Source of the DNA: Candidatus Latescibacterota bacterium
Lineage (GTDB): Bacteria > Latescibacterota > UBA2968 > UBA8231
Assembly: GCA_022820705.1 (NCBI GenBank)
Contig: JAJEEZ010000454.1
Coordinates: 1 to 33,129 of the forward strand
Length of the DNA stretch: 33,129 nucleotides
Direction: 5' to 3'
Shown here: one piece after another, positions 16,396 to 25,823 of the stretch
How positions within the stretch are numbered: position 1 is the first letter of the stretch
How the letters are laid out: every line of letters starts with the position of its first letter
The notes under the pieces: model-generated
Seen by the model: the letters and a program-made list of their open reading frames with translations, nothing else
Database searches by the model: none
Told to the model about the DNA's origin: nothing
Position numbers and translations under genes: made by a program

Positions 16396-18930
16396 CTATT
16401 CGTCTTGGGGCGGTCGCCGGATAAGTTGCTCGGCTAGTAGATCGAGGAAATAGGCCGACGATTTGTCCTCGGGATTCGCCTGGAGTGCGCGCTGGTAGGC
16501 TCTTGCCGCTGCCCGGTCGCGGTTTTGCAGCCGCATGATATCCCCCTCTAGCGCGTGCTCGCCAGCCCTAAAATAGACCTCCATTTTTTCTCGTACTGTA
16601 GCAGAGGGTGCCGTGAGCAGTGACAGGGCCGAGGTGCGGTATGGAGTCAAATGCTCCAACACCTCCCACGAGCCACTGCTGTAGCCCTTCGGGCTGACAA
16701 AGCTGATGTAGGGATGGTCGTCGGTGTTGAGCGGCCCTTCCCCCACATAGCGCCGCAGGGCGACCTCGTCCATCACCAGGGTGTTCAAGAGCGCAAATGC
16801 GTTCCCCATGTCAATGTTCTCTAAGCTGCGATGCACTCGCGGCGGTGTCATCTTCTCGTTGAGCAGTTCCCAATCAATCGCCTGCGGCTGCATGGTCCCC
16901 ACCATGATTGAATAGTTGTTCGAGCGCCACAAGGTAGCGTGGGGAAAGACGTGCTGAAAGGTGCGCACGATGGTCTTGTAGTCGTCTGGCGGCAGGCCGT
17001 GAAAGGGCAGCCACTGGGCCATGATCCCGTCGGTGCTCAGGTGTGCCCGGCACAACTCGTAAAATTCCTTGGTGTAGAGCACCCAGCTATCGGCGCTCGT
17101 TGGATGGGTGGCGTCTCCGGTGATGATTTGGTAAGTGTCGCGGGTGGAGAGGAGAAAATTGCGGCCGTCGTCGATAACTAATTCGATATTCCACGCCGCC
17201 GGATTCTCAAGTACGTGGTGATTGAATTCGCCAAAGTGCAACCGGGCCGCGTCTATCACCTCCGGCACCAACTCAACGCAAGTAATGCGTCGCGGCTCGT
17301 ACTGGGCTGCGCCCCCCAAGGCGATCCCGCCGCCCAAGGAGACGACCAACACCTCTTGCGGATCGGGATGCAGGAGCAGGGGCAAATGGCCCAGGAGGCG
17401 AAAAATTTGCAGCGAGCTGTAGTCGGTCGGCACCTGCCCGCCCCCATTGAGCGCCATTTTGCGGAAACCATCGGTTTGTTGTTCGACGGTGATGACGCCT
17501 TCGGCACCCTCTTGGTAAAACACCAGTTCTCGGTTGACGGCCGCTGGTTCCGCAATGCGCCGCAGCACATCCGAGGGTACTAGGACTAGCAGGAGTGCCA
17601 AACCCACCGCCCCGCTCCAGACCAGCCGCTTGCGTTGCTGGCTAACTAAGGCGAGCGTCAGGCCAACCAAGCCATTCAACGCTGCCAGCACCTTGACGCT
17701 CCACTCGGTCCCCAGCAGCGGAATCAGCACAAACCCCGTCACAAAGGCTCCCCCGACAGCACCCAAGCTGTTGACAGCACCGATGTCCCCTATACCGCGC
17801 CCCAGACGCGTTAGTTGTCGCGTGTAGATTTGGCCGACCAGCGGAAAGATAACGCCCATCGCCACGGTCGGCAGCAACATGATGGCGACGGCCGTAAAAA
17901 ACACGCCGGTTCGCGACATCCACCACGAATCCGCCTGCTGGATCGGCTCCACGAGAATGGATAAATGGGCAAAGGCCAACACGGACAGGGCACCACACGC
18001 GCCGATCAAAAACTGGATCCCGACAAAAATCTCAAGCAAATCTGTCCGCCGCGCGAGCAGCCGACTGCCCAACCATCCCCCCAAGGACAGGCCGCTCAAA
18101 AAGGCCACCAAGACAATGCTGAACTCGTAGTGTGAATTAAAGGAGAAACTCACCATCAAGAGCCGCATCCACGCCACTTCGTAGCCTAGGGCGGCAAAAC
18201 CGGAGATGGCAAAGCCGACCAGCACGCCCCACAGAACGAGGTCAGAGTGAGTGGTCTCTTTTGCTGCCGCCCCTTCGTCGACGCTTACGGCCCGTTGCCC
18301 CCCCCACAGCCAAGCCGCGCCTGCCACCAAGAAATTCACCACAGCGATGGCTTGCGTCGTCCCCTGCAAACCCAGCCCTTCCATCAGCCCGAAGGTCGCT
18401 GCCAACACCCCGACGACCGCGCCCAGCGTGTTGATCGCATAGAGTTGTCCGACCCGACCGCCTAACCTGCCCAGCCGCCGCACTGCAAACTTGGCCATGA
18501 CTGGTAGGGTACCCCCCATCAGTGCTGTGGGGATCAGGAGCAAGGCAAAGCAAAGGCCGAAGCGGGCGAGGGAAAAGAGATAGAAGTTCCCCTGTAAACC
18601 CACTAGAGCACCGTAGGCATTGCCCAAATTCGCACTAATACTGGGAAAGAAAAGGGCGAAAAGACCGATGCCGGCTTCTAGCGCGGCAAAAATCCGCAGG
18701 GGGTGTTTGCAGCGGTCGATGTACCGCCCCAAAACGTAGCTACCCAAGGCTAGGCCAGCCATGAAGGCGCTGAGCACGGTGCTAGTAGCCAGCAGGGTGG
18801 TGCCGAAGACCACGGTCAGCATCCGCGCCCACACGACCTGATAGACTAAGCTGCTGACCCCAGAAAAAAAGAATAGGACCAAGAGCGCCTTTTGTTCAGA
18901 CTGCTCTAGGTCCTGGCCGTGTTCTTCCAC
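16396..18930 (-). CDS. Fused MFS-like membrane domain / spermidine-synthase-fold (class I SAM) domain with a C-terminal TPR
   Basis: FFFSGVSSLVYQVVWARML, FMAGLALG and LYAINTLGAVVG membrane repeats (twice); VLVVSLGGG, VELVPEVI, DDGRNFL, LYTKEFY, GIMAQW, LNTDDHP; terminal YQRALQANP. GTG start. Confidence 0.9.
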   Translation of the reverse strand: MEEHGQDLEQSEQKALLVLFFFSGVSSLVYQVVWARMLTVVFGTTLLATSTVLSAFMAGLALGSYVLGRYIDRCKHPLRIFAALEAGIGLFALFFPSISANLGNAYGALVGLQGNFYLFSLARFGLCFALLLIPTALMGGTLPVMAKFAVRRLGRLGGRVGQLYAINTLGAVVGVLAATFGLMEGLGLQGTTQAIAVVNFLVAGAAWLWGGQRAVSVDEGAAAKETTHSDLVLWGVLVGFAISGFAALGYEVAWMRLLMVSFSFNSHYEFSIVLVAFLSGLSLGGWLGSRLLARRTDLLEIFVGIQFLIGACGALSVLAFAHLSILVEPIQQADSWWMSRTGVFFTAVAIMLLPTVAMGVIFPLVGQIYTRQLTRLGRGIGDIGAVNSLGAVGGAFVTGFVLIPLLGTEWSVKVLAALNGLVGLTLALVSQQRKRLVWSGAVGLALLLVLVPSDVLRRIAEPAAVNRELVFYQEGAEGVITVEQQTDGFRKMALNGGGQVPTDYSSLQIFRLLGHLPLLLHPDPQEVLVVSLGGGIALGGAAQYEPRRITCVELVPEVIDAARLHFGEFNHHVLENPAAWNIELVIDDGRNFLLSTRDTYQIITGDATHPTSADSWVLYTKEFYELCRAHLSTDGIMAQWLPFHGLPPDDYKTIVRTFQHVFPHATLWRSNNYSIMVGTMQPQAIDWELLNEKMTPPRVHRSLENIDMGNAFALLNTLVMDEVALRRYVGEGPLNTDDHPYISFVSPKGYSSGSWEVLEHLTPYRTSALSLLTAPSATVREKMEVYFRAGEHALEGDIMRLQNRDRAAARAYQRALQANPEDKSSAYFLDLLAEQLIRRPPQDE

Positions 18931-18950
18931 GCTGAATGCTCTTTTTAAGA

Positions 18951-18964
18951 ACTGACGTTACGCA
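18951..18964 (+). repeat. Dispersed intergenic motif ACTGACGTTACGCA
   Basis: GACGTTACGCA is identical at 14043-14053 and 18954-18964. The reverse complement of 14424-14437 is ACTGCTATTACGCA. Confidence 0.55.
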
Positions 18965-19026
18965 TCGGGGGAGGGGTCCAAAACGCAGCGCGAACCGCTT
19001 CACCATGCCGTTAGGCGCGATATCCA

Positions 19027-19055
19027 GTAGGGGGCGGTTTCAAACCGCCCCCTAC
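19027..19055. repeat. GTAG-type REP-like perfect palindrome overlapping the stop codon of 19052..21010
   Basis: GTAGGGGGCGGTTT-C-AAACCGCCCCCTAC: 14-bp perfect arms with GTAG/CTAC ends. Confidence 0.8.
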
Positions 19056-21010
19056 CAAGGTTCCTCTATGGTGAGTCGCTGGTTGGTCTGGATGGGGCCG
19101 TCCAAAGTCTGCTCCTGACCCGAGGGCCAGCGCACTGTTAGGCGATCCACTGTCGCCGCCTCTCCCAAGCCAAAGTAGAGTCCATAAACACTCTGCGACA
19201 AATACCCCGACTGCCCATCCTGCACTTGGGTATATACCTGATCGCCTGCTTCCACTGCGACCACTGCGCCCAATCCATTCCGATTCGACGATTTTCCCAC
19301 TAGGACCACTTCCACATAGCGCACCGCCCGCCGCTGACTCAGGTCGCTGAGCAAGACCAGCGGTACCCCATTGAACTCATTGGTCACAATGTCGAGATCG
19401 CCATCGCCCTCCACATCGAACAACGCCGACGAGCGCGTCCCCAAAGCGCCGTACACCAGCAAGCCCCCTTCCTGCCCCTCGCAGCGCTTGTGCTTTAAAT
19501 CCGCCTCGTCGCAGTCGAGGGCAAACCACGGCTGCGCGGTGCGACCGTCGCGTCGCGGCTCCACTCCTAACACAAACTCGCTGTCGAGGAAGCCGCGTCC
19601 TTGGTCGTTGAGCAAGACGGTGTTGATCCCATAGCGAAAGGGGTAATTCATGCTCGAAGCCACGAACACATCCTGCCAGCCATCGGCGTTGAGATCGCCG
19701 CTGCTCAACCCCCACGGCCAATAATTTTCAGCACCGATTAGATCGGAGATTTCTTCGAACTGCCCATCTTCTAGGTGGTGGTAAAAGGCGTTGCCGAAGA
19801 TACTTAATCCCTCGCTTAGTAAAAAATCGTCTGGATATTGGATATACGACTTGAGTTTTTCGTCCCAAGGCCCTACCGGCTGACTCATATCGGAGTGCAT
19901 ATCGGAGACGAATAGATCCATCCGGCTGTCGTTGTCGTAGTCGAAAGCCTTGATCCCCATCGAACCCCACGGCGTTTTGGGGAACACTTCGCGGCTCTTT
20001 TTAACAAAATGCTGCCCTGCTACATTCTCGTAGTAGGAGTCATGCCCCTGCATATTGAGTACGTAGAGGTCCTGCCAGCCATCTCCGTTGAAATCTACCG
20101 GGCTGGCGTCGCCCGACCAGCTCGAATCCAACAATCCCACTTCGTGCGAGACGTCGGCGAAAACCCGCTGTCCGAGGTTCTTGAACAGTGTGCTCTGCTC
20201 GGCGCGCTCGGGCTTCAAATGCCCGGAGAAGGCATCTTTGAAACCTCGGTAGTACTGATAGGTCGCCCCCTCCTCCAGCCGCGTCGGATCGACCGCTGCC
20301 GTCCCCGTTTCGTCTTTGGTATAGATCCCCACATTGGTCACAAACAGATCCAGCAAGCCATCGTTATTGTAGTCGAAGAACTCACCGGACGACGAGTGCG
20401 CCTGCCAACCCGTACCCGAATGCTCGGTTATATCTTCGAAGCGGCCGGTTCCGTCGTTGACCAAGAGCTGGTTGCCCAACCGCACGGCCGTGGCGTATAG
20501 ATCGACATCGCCATCGTTGTCAATGTCGCCAAACGATGCGCTCACTCCGATCTTATCGGCCAACTCCAGACTCGGCGTGGTGTAATTCTCAAAGCGCGCT
20601 CCGCCGAGATTGCGCCATAGCTGATTGCCTCCTACTTGGGTCGTAAAGTAGAGGTCGTAGAGGCCATCGCCATCCACGTCCCCCACCGCTAGTCCATTTC
20701 CATGATCGTAGTGAACCGGGATATGGTCCTTGGCGGAATCCTCTACCACTCTATTGCGAAATTCAATACCGCTGGCTTTGAGCTGGTCGGTAAAGGAGAA
20801 GTCGCAAAAGACCTCGTAGGCTTGGGCCGCCTCCAATTGGGTTTGCTGGCGGCGTGCCATCCACGGTGGGTCGATGATTGCGGCTGGCTCGGGAAAAGGC
20901 TTGAGAATTTTTGCCGGCTCTGGGGTGTCAGATTCAGCGTGGGCGATTTTTGGGAAAGTGAACGCAAGAATACACAGCGCAAAGAGGAAAGCTGCCTGAT
21001 AATTCGGCAT
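19052..21010 (-). CDS. CRTAC1-family protein (FG-GAP/VCBS + ASPIC/UnbV), secreted
   Basis: Signal peptide ending ...PKIAHA; repeated GDVDGDGLYDL/DIDNDGDVDL/DYNNDGLLDL motifs; C-terminal SNRNGLGA...SGYLSQS...YFGLG...RWPSG. Confidence 0.9.
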   Translation of the reverse strand: MPNYQAAFLFALCILAFTFPKIAHAESDTPEPAKILKPFPEPAAIIDPPWMARRQQTQLEAAQAYEVFCDFSFTDQLKASGIEFRNRVVEDSAKDHIPVHYDHGNGLAVGDVDGDGLYDLYFTTQVGGNQLWRNLGGARFENYTTPSLELADKIGVSASFGDIDNDGDVDLYATAVRLGNQLLVNDGTGRFEDITEHSGTGWQAHSSSGEFFDYNNDGLLDLFVTNVGIYTKDETGTAAVDPTRLEEGATYQYYRGFKDAFSGHLKPERAEQSTLFKNLGQRVFADVSHEVGLLDSSWSGDASPVDFNGDGWQDLYVLNMQGHDSYYENVAGQHFVKKSREVFPKTPWGSMGIKAFDYDNDSRMDLFVSDMHSDMSQPVGPWDEKLKSYIQYPDDFLLSEGLSIFGNAFYHHLEDGQFEEISDLIGAENYWPWGLSSGDLNADGWQDVFVASSMNYPFRYGINTVLLNDQGRGFLDSEFVLGVEPRRDGRTAQPWFALDCDEADLKHKRCEGQEGGLLVYGALGTRSSALFDVEGDGDLDIVTNEFNGVPLVLLSDLSQRRAVRYVEVVLVGKSSNRNGLGAVVAVEAGDQVYTQVQDGQSGYLSQSVYGLYFGLGEAATVDRLTVRWPSGQEQTLDGPIQTNQRLTIEEPW

Positions 21011-21071
21011 GGTCTATACTTTTCGACGTATTTTGGCGTTTATGAGAGTGATTTTGCGTTGAGATGGGCGT

Positions 21072-21101
21072 TAAACAAGCAGCATGTCCCCTTTATGTCA
21101 A
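21072..21101 (-). promoter_or_regulatory. Possible sigma70 -35 box for the leftward operon in the divergent intergenic region
   Basis: TTGACA on the minus strand (21096-21101) upstream of the 21010 start. The -10 region is poorly matched. Confidence 0.25.
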
Positions 21102-21182
21102 GAGAATGAGTCTTGCCGCCCCGCCCTTGTGTCGGATATTATGAACTCTTTCAAAAAGCCAAAGTCCAAAGCTTCGCAAACC

Positions 21183-23750
21183 ATGATCTTCTACTCATCC
21201 GTCTATCGTCTTCTCTTGCTGTTCGCAATGGTTCCTCTACCCGTGATAGCCCAATACGAAGTGACCATAGAAGGCAAAGCCTACCAACTCATCCTCGCCC
21301 GCGACCTCGCCGCAGCAATCCAACAAGCCCCTGCCGACACCGCACTCGAATACAACCGCATTGTGGTGCAGGGGCCGCTTGAATTGACCGGTGACACCCT
21401 GCGTGCGGCGCTCGCCTTTGAGGACGTGCGCTTTACCAATCCCGTGGTTTTAGAACGCGCCGTTTTTCTGCAACCGGTGCACTTTGTTCGCACCCATTTC
21501 CAACAGGGGATCTCCCTGCTGGAAGCCTGCCTCGAAAGTGAATTTTCCTGCCGCGACTGCCGCATAGTGGATACGGCTAATTGCAAGCGGACTTTGTTTG
21601 CCGATAAAGTAGATTTCTCGGCCACCCAGTTTTCCGGCGCGGCCTTTTTTCAGCAGAGCGACTTTGGCGGAGAAACTACCTTTGAACGTACGCAATTTGA
21701 AGACGCGACCTATTTCGATCAGACTGTGTTCGCCCGCTCCACTTCTTTTCAGGATGCTTCCTTTGCGGATTTGGCCTCTTTCAAAGAAGCAGGGTGGCAA
21801 TCGACCGTTTCCTTTGCTGGTGCTCGCTTTGGTGAGGACGCCCTGTTCGCGCAAAGCCGCTTTGCGGGAGCCGCTGCGTTCACTGCGGCCTACTTCCGCG
21901 GCACAGCGCATTTCGAGCGCGCCGACTTTTCCGCTATGGCCTCCTTCCGCCGCATCGTCTTTGCCGGTCCGGCTCGCTTTGTCGGTGCTCACTTTCGCAC
22001 GTCAGCGTTCTTTGTCGACAGCCGCTTCAAACAGGAGGCCACCTTTGCTGGCGCGACCTTTGCCCAGTCTTTCCGCCCCAGTGCCTACTTTAGCGTTGTT
22101 CCTGACTTAGCCGATATGACCGCTCCTTCCATAGACCTAAAACCCAAGACCACAGCCCGCCCGGTTCCACCGCCAGACACCGCTGACCCTAGCTGCAACC
22201 CCATTCAATTAGTCGATATAACCCAAGCGGCTGGTCTCGATTTTGAGCACTACAACGGCTTTTCGGGCGAATACTACTACGTCGAAACCTTTGGGTCCGG
22301 GGCGGCCTTCCTCGACGTTGACGGCGATGGCTGGCTCGATCTCTATCTGGTCAACGGCGCACCCCTAAGCGGCGAGCGCCCCGATCCGATTCCCACCAAT
22401 CGCCTGTACCACAACACCGGCGCTGGCGGCTTCACCGATGTGACGGCTGCCTCGGGGGCCGGGCACACTGGCTACGGCATGGGCTGTACCGCCGCTGACT
22501 ACGACGCCGATGGCGACGTGGATCTCTACGTGACCAACGTTGGCCCCAATCTCCTGTTGCGCAACGAAGGCGACGGGCGCTTTGCCGACGCGACTGCCCC
22601 CGTGGGTGGGGCCGATGCTCGGTGGGGTACTAGTTGCGGCTTTCTAGACTACGACCTCGACGGCGATTTGGATCTATACGCGACCAATTACGTGGAGTTT
22701 GACCCGCAGAACAATATCGTCTGTGCCGAGGGCGGCATTCGCTCCTATTGCGAGCCGAAGTTCTACGAGCCGGTAGGCGATGTACTCTACCGCAACGAAG
22801 ATGGCCAATTCCGCGATGTGACGTTGGAGATGGGAATCATCCATAAGGGACGCGGCTTGGGCGTGGCCTTTTCGGATTACGATCTCGACGGCGACACGGA
22901 CATGTACGTGGCCAACGACGGCACGATGAACTTTCTCTACCAAAACCAAGGGAACCGCTTTGCCGAGGTCGGCCTCTACGCCGGAGGGCGCTACAACGAG
23001 GATGGCTTGGCCGAAGCTGGCATGGGGGTGGAATTCGGGGATTGGGACAACGACGGGTTGCAAGATATTTTTGTGACCAACTTTGCCCAAGAGACCAACA
23101 CCTTGTACGGCAACGATGGGCAGGGGCAATTCTACGACATCACCCTTCGCGCCGGCTTGGCCGAATACAGCTACAAACCGCTGGGCTTTGGCACCAATTT
23201 TTTCGACTACGACAACGACGGCGACCTAGACCTTTTTGTCGCCAATGGCCACGTCATGGACAAAATCACCCAAGTGCATCCCGACCATGCCTATCCGCAG
23301 CCCAATCAGGTGCTCTGCAACCAGCGGGGGACCCGCTTTGTCGATGTCTCTGCTAGGCTCGGTCCTGCGCTCGCGGTGGCGGCGGTAAGCCGCGCGTCGG
23401 CCAAGGCCGACTACGACAACGATGGCGACCTAGATCTGCTAGTGACTAATGTTGCCGCCGTCCCCAACCTCCTGCGCAACGACGGGGGCAACCGGCAGCA
23501 CTGGCTGACGATTCAGTTGGGGAACACCGCGCAGCACGCCCGCGTCGCCGTGACGGCTGATGGGCAGCGCCAAGTCAAGGAGCATCAGTCGGGCGGTAGT
23601 TATCTTGCGAGTAGCGATCCTCGTCTCCACTTTGGTCTAGGAGACGCCACCGAGGCCACAGTCGAAATCCGCTGGTCCGACGGCGCGTTGCAGACAATGG
23701 AAGCGGTGGCGGTCGATCAGATCCTACACATAATTCAATCCAAACCCTGA
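21183..23750 (+). CDS. Secreted fusion of an 11-residue-period pentapeptide-repeat domain, a Pro-rich linker and a CRTAC1-family (FG-GAP + ASPIC/UnbV) module
   Basis: ATG 21183 gives signal peptide MIFYSSVYRLLLLFAMVPLPVIA-Q (the ORF track starts at 21084). FxxxxFxxxxx repeats at 21417-22073; DxDGDGxxDL repeats; GGSYLASSDPRLHFGLG. Confidence 0.88.
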   Translation: MIFYSSVYRLLLLFAMVPLPVIAQYEVTIEGKAYQLILARDLAAAIQQAPADTALEYNRIVVQGPLELTGDTLRAALAFEDVRFTNPVVLERAVFLQPVHFVRTHFQQGISLLEACLESEFSCRDCRIVDTANCKRTLFADKVDFSATQFSGAAFFQQSDFGGETTFERTQFEDATYFDQTVFARSTSFQDASFADLASFKEAGWQSTVSFAGARFGEDALFAQSRFAGAAAFTAAYFRGTAHFERADFSAMASFRRIVFAGPARFVGAHFRTSAFFVDSRFKQEATFAGATFAQSFRPSAYFSVVPDLADMTAPSIDLKPKTTARPVPPPDTADPSCNPIQLVDITQAAGLDFEHYNGFSGEYYYVETFGSGAAFLDVDGDGWLDLYLVNGAPLSGERPDPIPTNRLYHNTGAGGFTDVTAASGAGHTGYGMGCTAADYDADGDVDLYVTNVGPNLLLRNEGDGRFADATAPVGGADARWGTSCGFLDYDLDGDLDLYATNYVEFDPQNNIVCAEGGIRSYCEPKFYEPVGDVLYRNEDGQFRDVTLEMGIIHKGRGLGVAFSDYDLDGDTDMYVANDGTMNFLYQNQGNRFAEVGLYAGGRYNEDGLAEAGMGVEFGDWDNDGLQDIFVTNFAQETNTLYGNDGQGQFYDITLRAGLAEYSYKPLGFGTNFFDYDNDGDLDLFVANGHVMDKITQVHPDHAYPQPNQVLCNQRGTRFVDVSARLGPALAVAAVSRASAKADYDNDGDLDLLVTNVAAVPNLLRNDGGNRQHWLTIQLGNTAQHARVAVTADGQRQVKEHQSGGSYLASSDPRLHFGLGDATEATVEIRWSDGALQTMEAVAVDQILHIIQSKP

Positions 23751-23766
23751 TGCCAAGGAGTTGCAG

Positions 23767-25752
23767 ATGATCACCAACTCCCCCGTACCGCGACTGCTGT
23801 ACAACCTTTTCGCCGCCCTGCTAATTCTGGTTACGGCCTGCTCTCAAGACCCCGATGACGACGCCTTAGAAAAGCACCTCCGCCTCACCCGCCAAAATCC
23901 CACCGCGCCGCCCGCTTACTACAATTTGGCCGTAGCCTATACGCAAGCTGGTCGCTACGACGAAGCCCAGCAAAACTACGCCAAAGCCCTCGACCTCGAT
24001 CCGAACTACGCCCTTGCCCACGATGGCTTGGGGCTTTTGGCCCAGCGGCGCGGAGCCTTGGACGAAGCCGCCGCCCACTTTCAAAAAGCACTTGACCTCG
24101 ATTCCACCTTGGCTGCGACGAGCAATAATCTGGGCAATATTCACTACGAGGATGGAGCCTTGGAAAAAGCCGTCGCCGCGTATCAAGCGGCCGTGCGCCA
24201 AGCCCCAGAGGATATCGCGTTCTACATCAATCTCGCCCGCGCCCTGCGCGATCTGCGGGAACTCGACCAAGCGGTGGCCGTTCTGTTGCAGGCCGTTGAT
24301 CGCGACCCATTTTCCCGGGAAGTCCACGCGGCCTTGGGTCATCTTTACGCCGAAGATTTGCGCGTTGAAGCCGCAATAGCCGCCTATGGTGAGGCCCTCC
24401 GCATCGCGCCCAGTGCCGACCTCCACATCCGCTTGGGCGATGTCTATACCCGCGTTGAAAAATTGGCCGAGGCGGTGCGCGAATACGAAAGCGCCTTGGA
24501 GTTGGACCAAGATAATGCCGAAGCTCGTTACAAGTTGGGGGCTATCTACGCCACCCAGCAGCGCATTCCCGAAGCAGTAACTTTAGCTGAAAAAGCCGTC
24601 GCACTAGATTCGACCCAGACGGCGGCTCTGCAGCTCTTGGCGCGGCTGTATGTCAACCAAGGTTTTTACGACAAAGCCGAAAGAGCACTGTTGCAAGCTA
24701 TTGAAGCCGATACCAACTTGATGGAAGCCCGCAGCGAACTAGGGGCCCTCTACATCCGCCAAACCCAGTACCAAAAAGCCGAAGCTATCTTAAAAGAAGC
24801 CGTGGAAAAGGATCCACAGCACGGCGAGTCTTGGCGTCAGTTGGGTCTGCTCTATAGCGATTTGAATCGTCCCGAGGAAGCGGCCAAGATGCTGCGCCAA
24901 GTTCTCGCCATTAATCCCTTACAGCCGGAAGCCCTCTACAACTTAGCTAACGTTCTCCTCGCTCTTGGCCAAACGACCGAGGCCGAGCGCCTGCAAAACC
25001 GCTTTGAACGCCTCGGACGTCTGCACGACCACATCGACCAGTTACAGCAGACGCTCGACGCTACTCCGGCCAACGTCGCTGCTCGCTTGCGTCTGGCGCG
25101 TGCTTATCTCGCGCTCCGGCAGTGGGAAAAGGCCGAAGCCCAGTACCGGTTGCTGCTCGCCAGTGCGCCCACCCATTTGGAGGCGCGCCTCCAGCTAAGC
25201 GGCCTCTACGCCCAGCACGGCAAGCTGGCTAGGGCACTGCGGGTGTGCGAAGAGGCCCTAGCGCACAGTCCCCCGGACTCGGCCCGCTATAAAATTTACT
25301 TTGCGCTCGGTCATCTCTACCACGCACAGGGCCGTATTGAGGAGGCCGAGGCCGCCTTAGAGCGTACGTTGGCCCTAGCGCCTACTCACGCCCAAGCCTA
25401 TAACAATTTGGGCAACCTCTACCTAGCAAAGAACGATCTTCAACAGGCGGCGACGGCTTACCAAAAGGCGCTTGAGGTAGCGCCCGACTTTGCCGAGGCC
25501 CATTACAACTTGGGCCACCTCTATGCCCAACAGAAGGCCCGTGCCAAGGCCGAGCGCCAGTACCAAGCCGCTCTGCGTGTGGATTCTACTTACGCCAGAG
25601 CGCATTATGCACTTGGCGTTCTCTACCAAGAGGCGGCGCAACCTCGCCAAGCCATCCGCGCGTACAAGCATTTTCTCGCGCAGTGGCGGGGCGATCCCCG
25701 CCTAACCCAATCTGCTCAAGAGGCGTTAGCACGACTGGCAGATTCCCAGTAG
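23767..25752 (+). CDS. Tetratricopeptide-repeat lipoprotein
   Basis: AAGGAG at 23755-23760 favours ATG 23767. Lipobox LVTA-C. More than a dozen TPR units (AYYNLAVAY...ALDLDP; AYNNLGNLY...ALEVAP; AHYNLG). Confidence 0.9.
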   Translation: MITNSPVPRLLYNLFAALLILVTACSQDPDDDALEKHLRLTRQNPTAPPAYYNLAVAYTQAGRYDEAQQNYAKALDLDPNYALAHDGLGLLAQRRGALDEAAAHFQKALDLDSTLAATSNNLGNIHYEDGALEKAVAAYQAAVRQAPEDIAFYINLARALRDLRELDQAVAVLLQAVDRDPFSREVHAALGHLYAEDLRVEAAIAAYGEALRIAPSADLHIRLGDVYTRVEKLAEAVREYESALELDQDNAEARYKLGAIYATQQRIPEAVTLAEKAVALDSTQTAALQLLARLYVNQGFYDKAERALLQAIEADTNLMEARSELGALYIRQTQYQKAEAILKEAVEKDPQHGESWRQLGLLYSDLNRPEEAAKMLRQVLAINPLQPEALYNLANVLLALGQTTEAERLQNRFERLGRLHDHIDQLQQTLDATPANVAARLRLARAYLALRQWEKAEAQYRLLLASAPTHLEARLQLSGLYAQHGKLARALRVCEEALAHSPPDSARYKIYFALGHLYHAQGRIEEAEAALERTLALAPTHAQAYNNLGNLYLAKNDLQQAATAYQKALEVAPDFAEAHYNLGHLYAQQKARAKAERQYQAALRVDSTYARAHYALGVLYQEAAQPRQAIRAYKHFLAQWRGDPRLTQSAQEALARLADSQ

Positions 25753-25823
25753 AGCAGGCCCATAGATAGCGGTCATTCCACGACCGCGCTACATTGTTGC
25801 AACGAGGAGAAACGAGGATAACA

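Noticed and set aside
21076-21103. XerD-arm-like TTATGTCAAG
   Set aside because: No XerC arm at 6-bp spacing; better explained as a minus-strand TTGACA -35 box.
25801-25820. Duplicated AACGAGGA(G/T)A 10-mer before the Tsx-like gene
   Set aside because: Only two copies covering the SD region; most simply a small local duplication with no further evidence of function.
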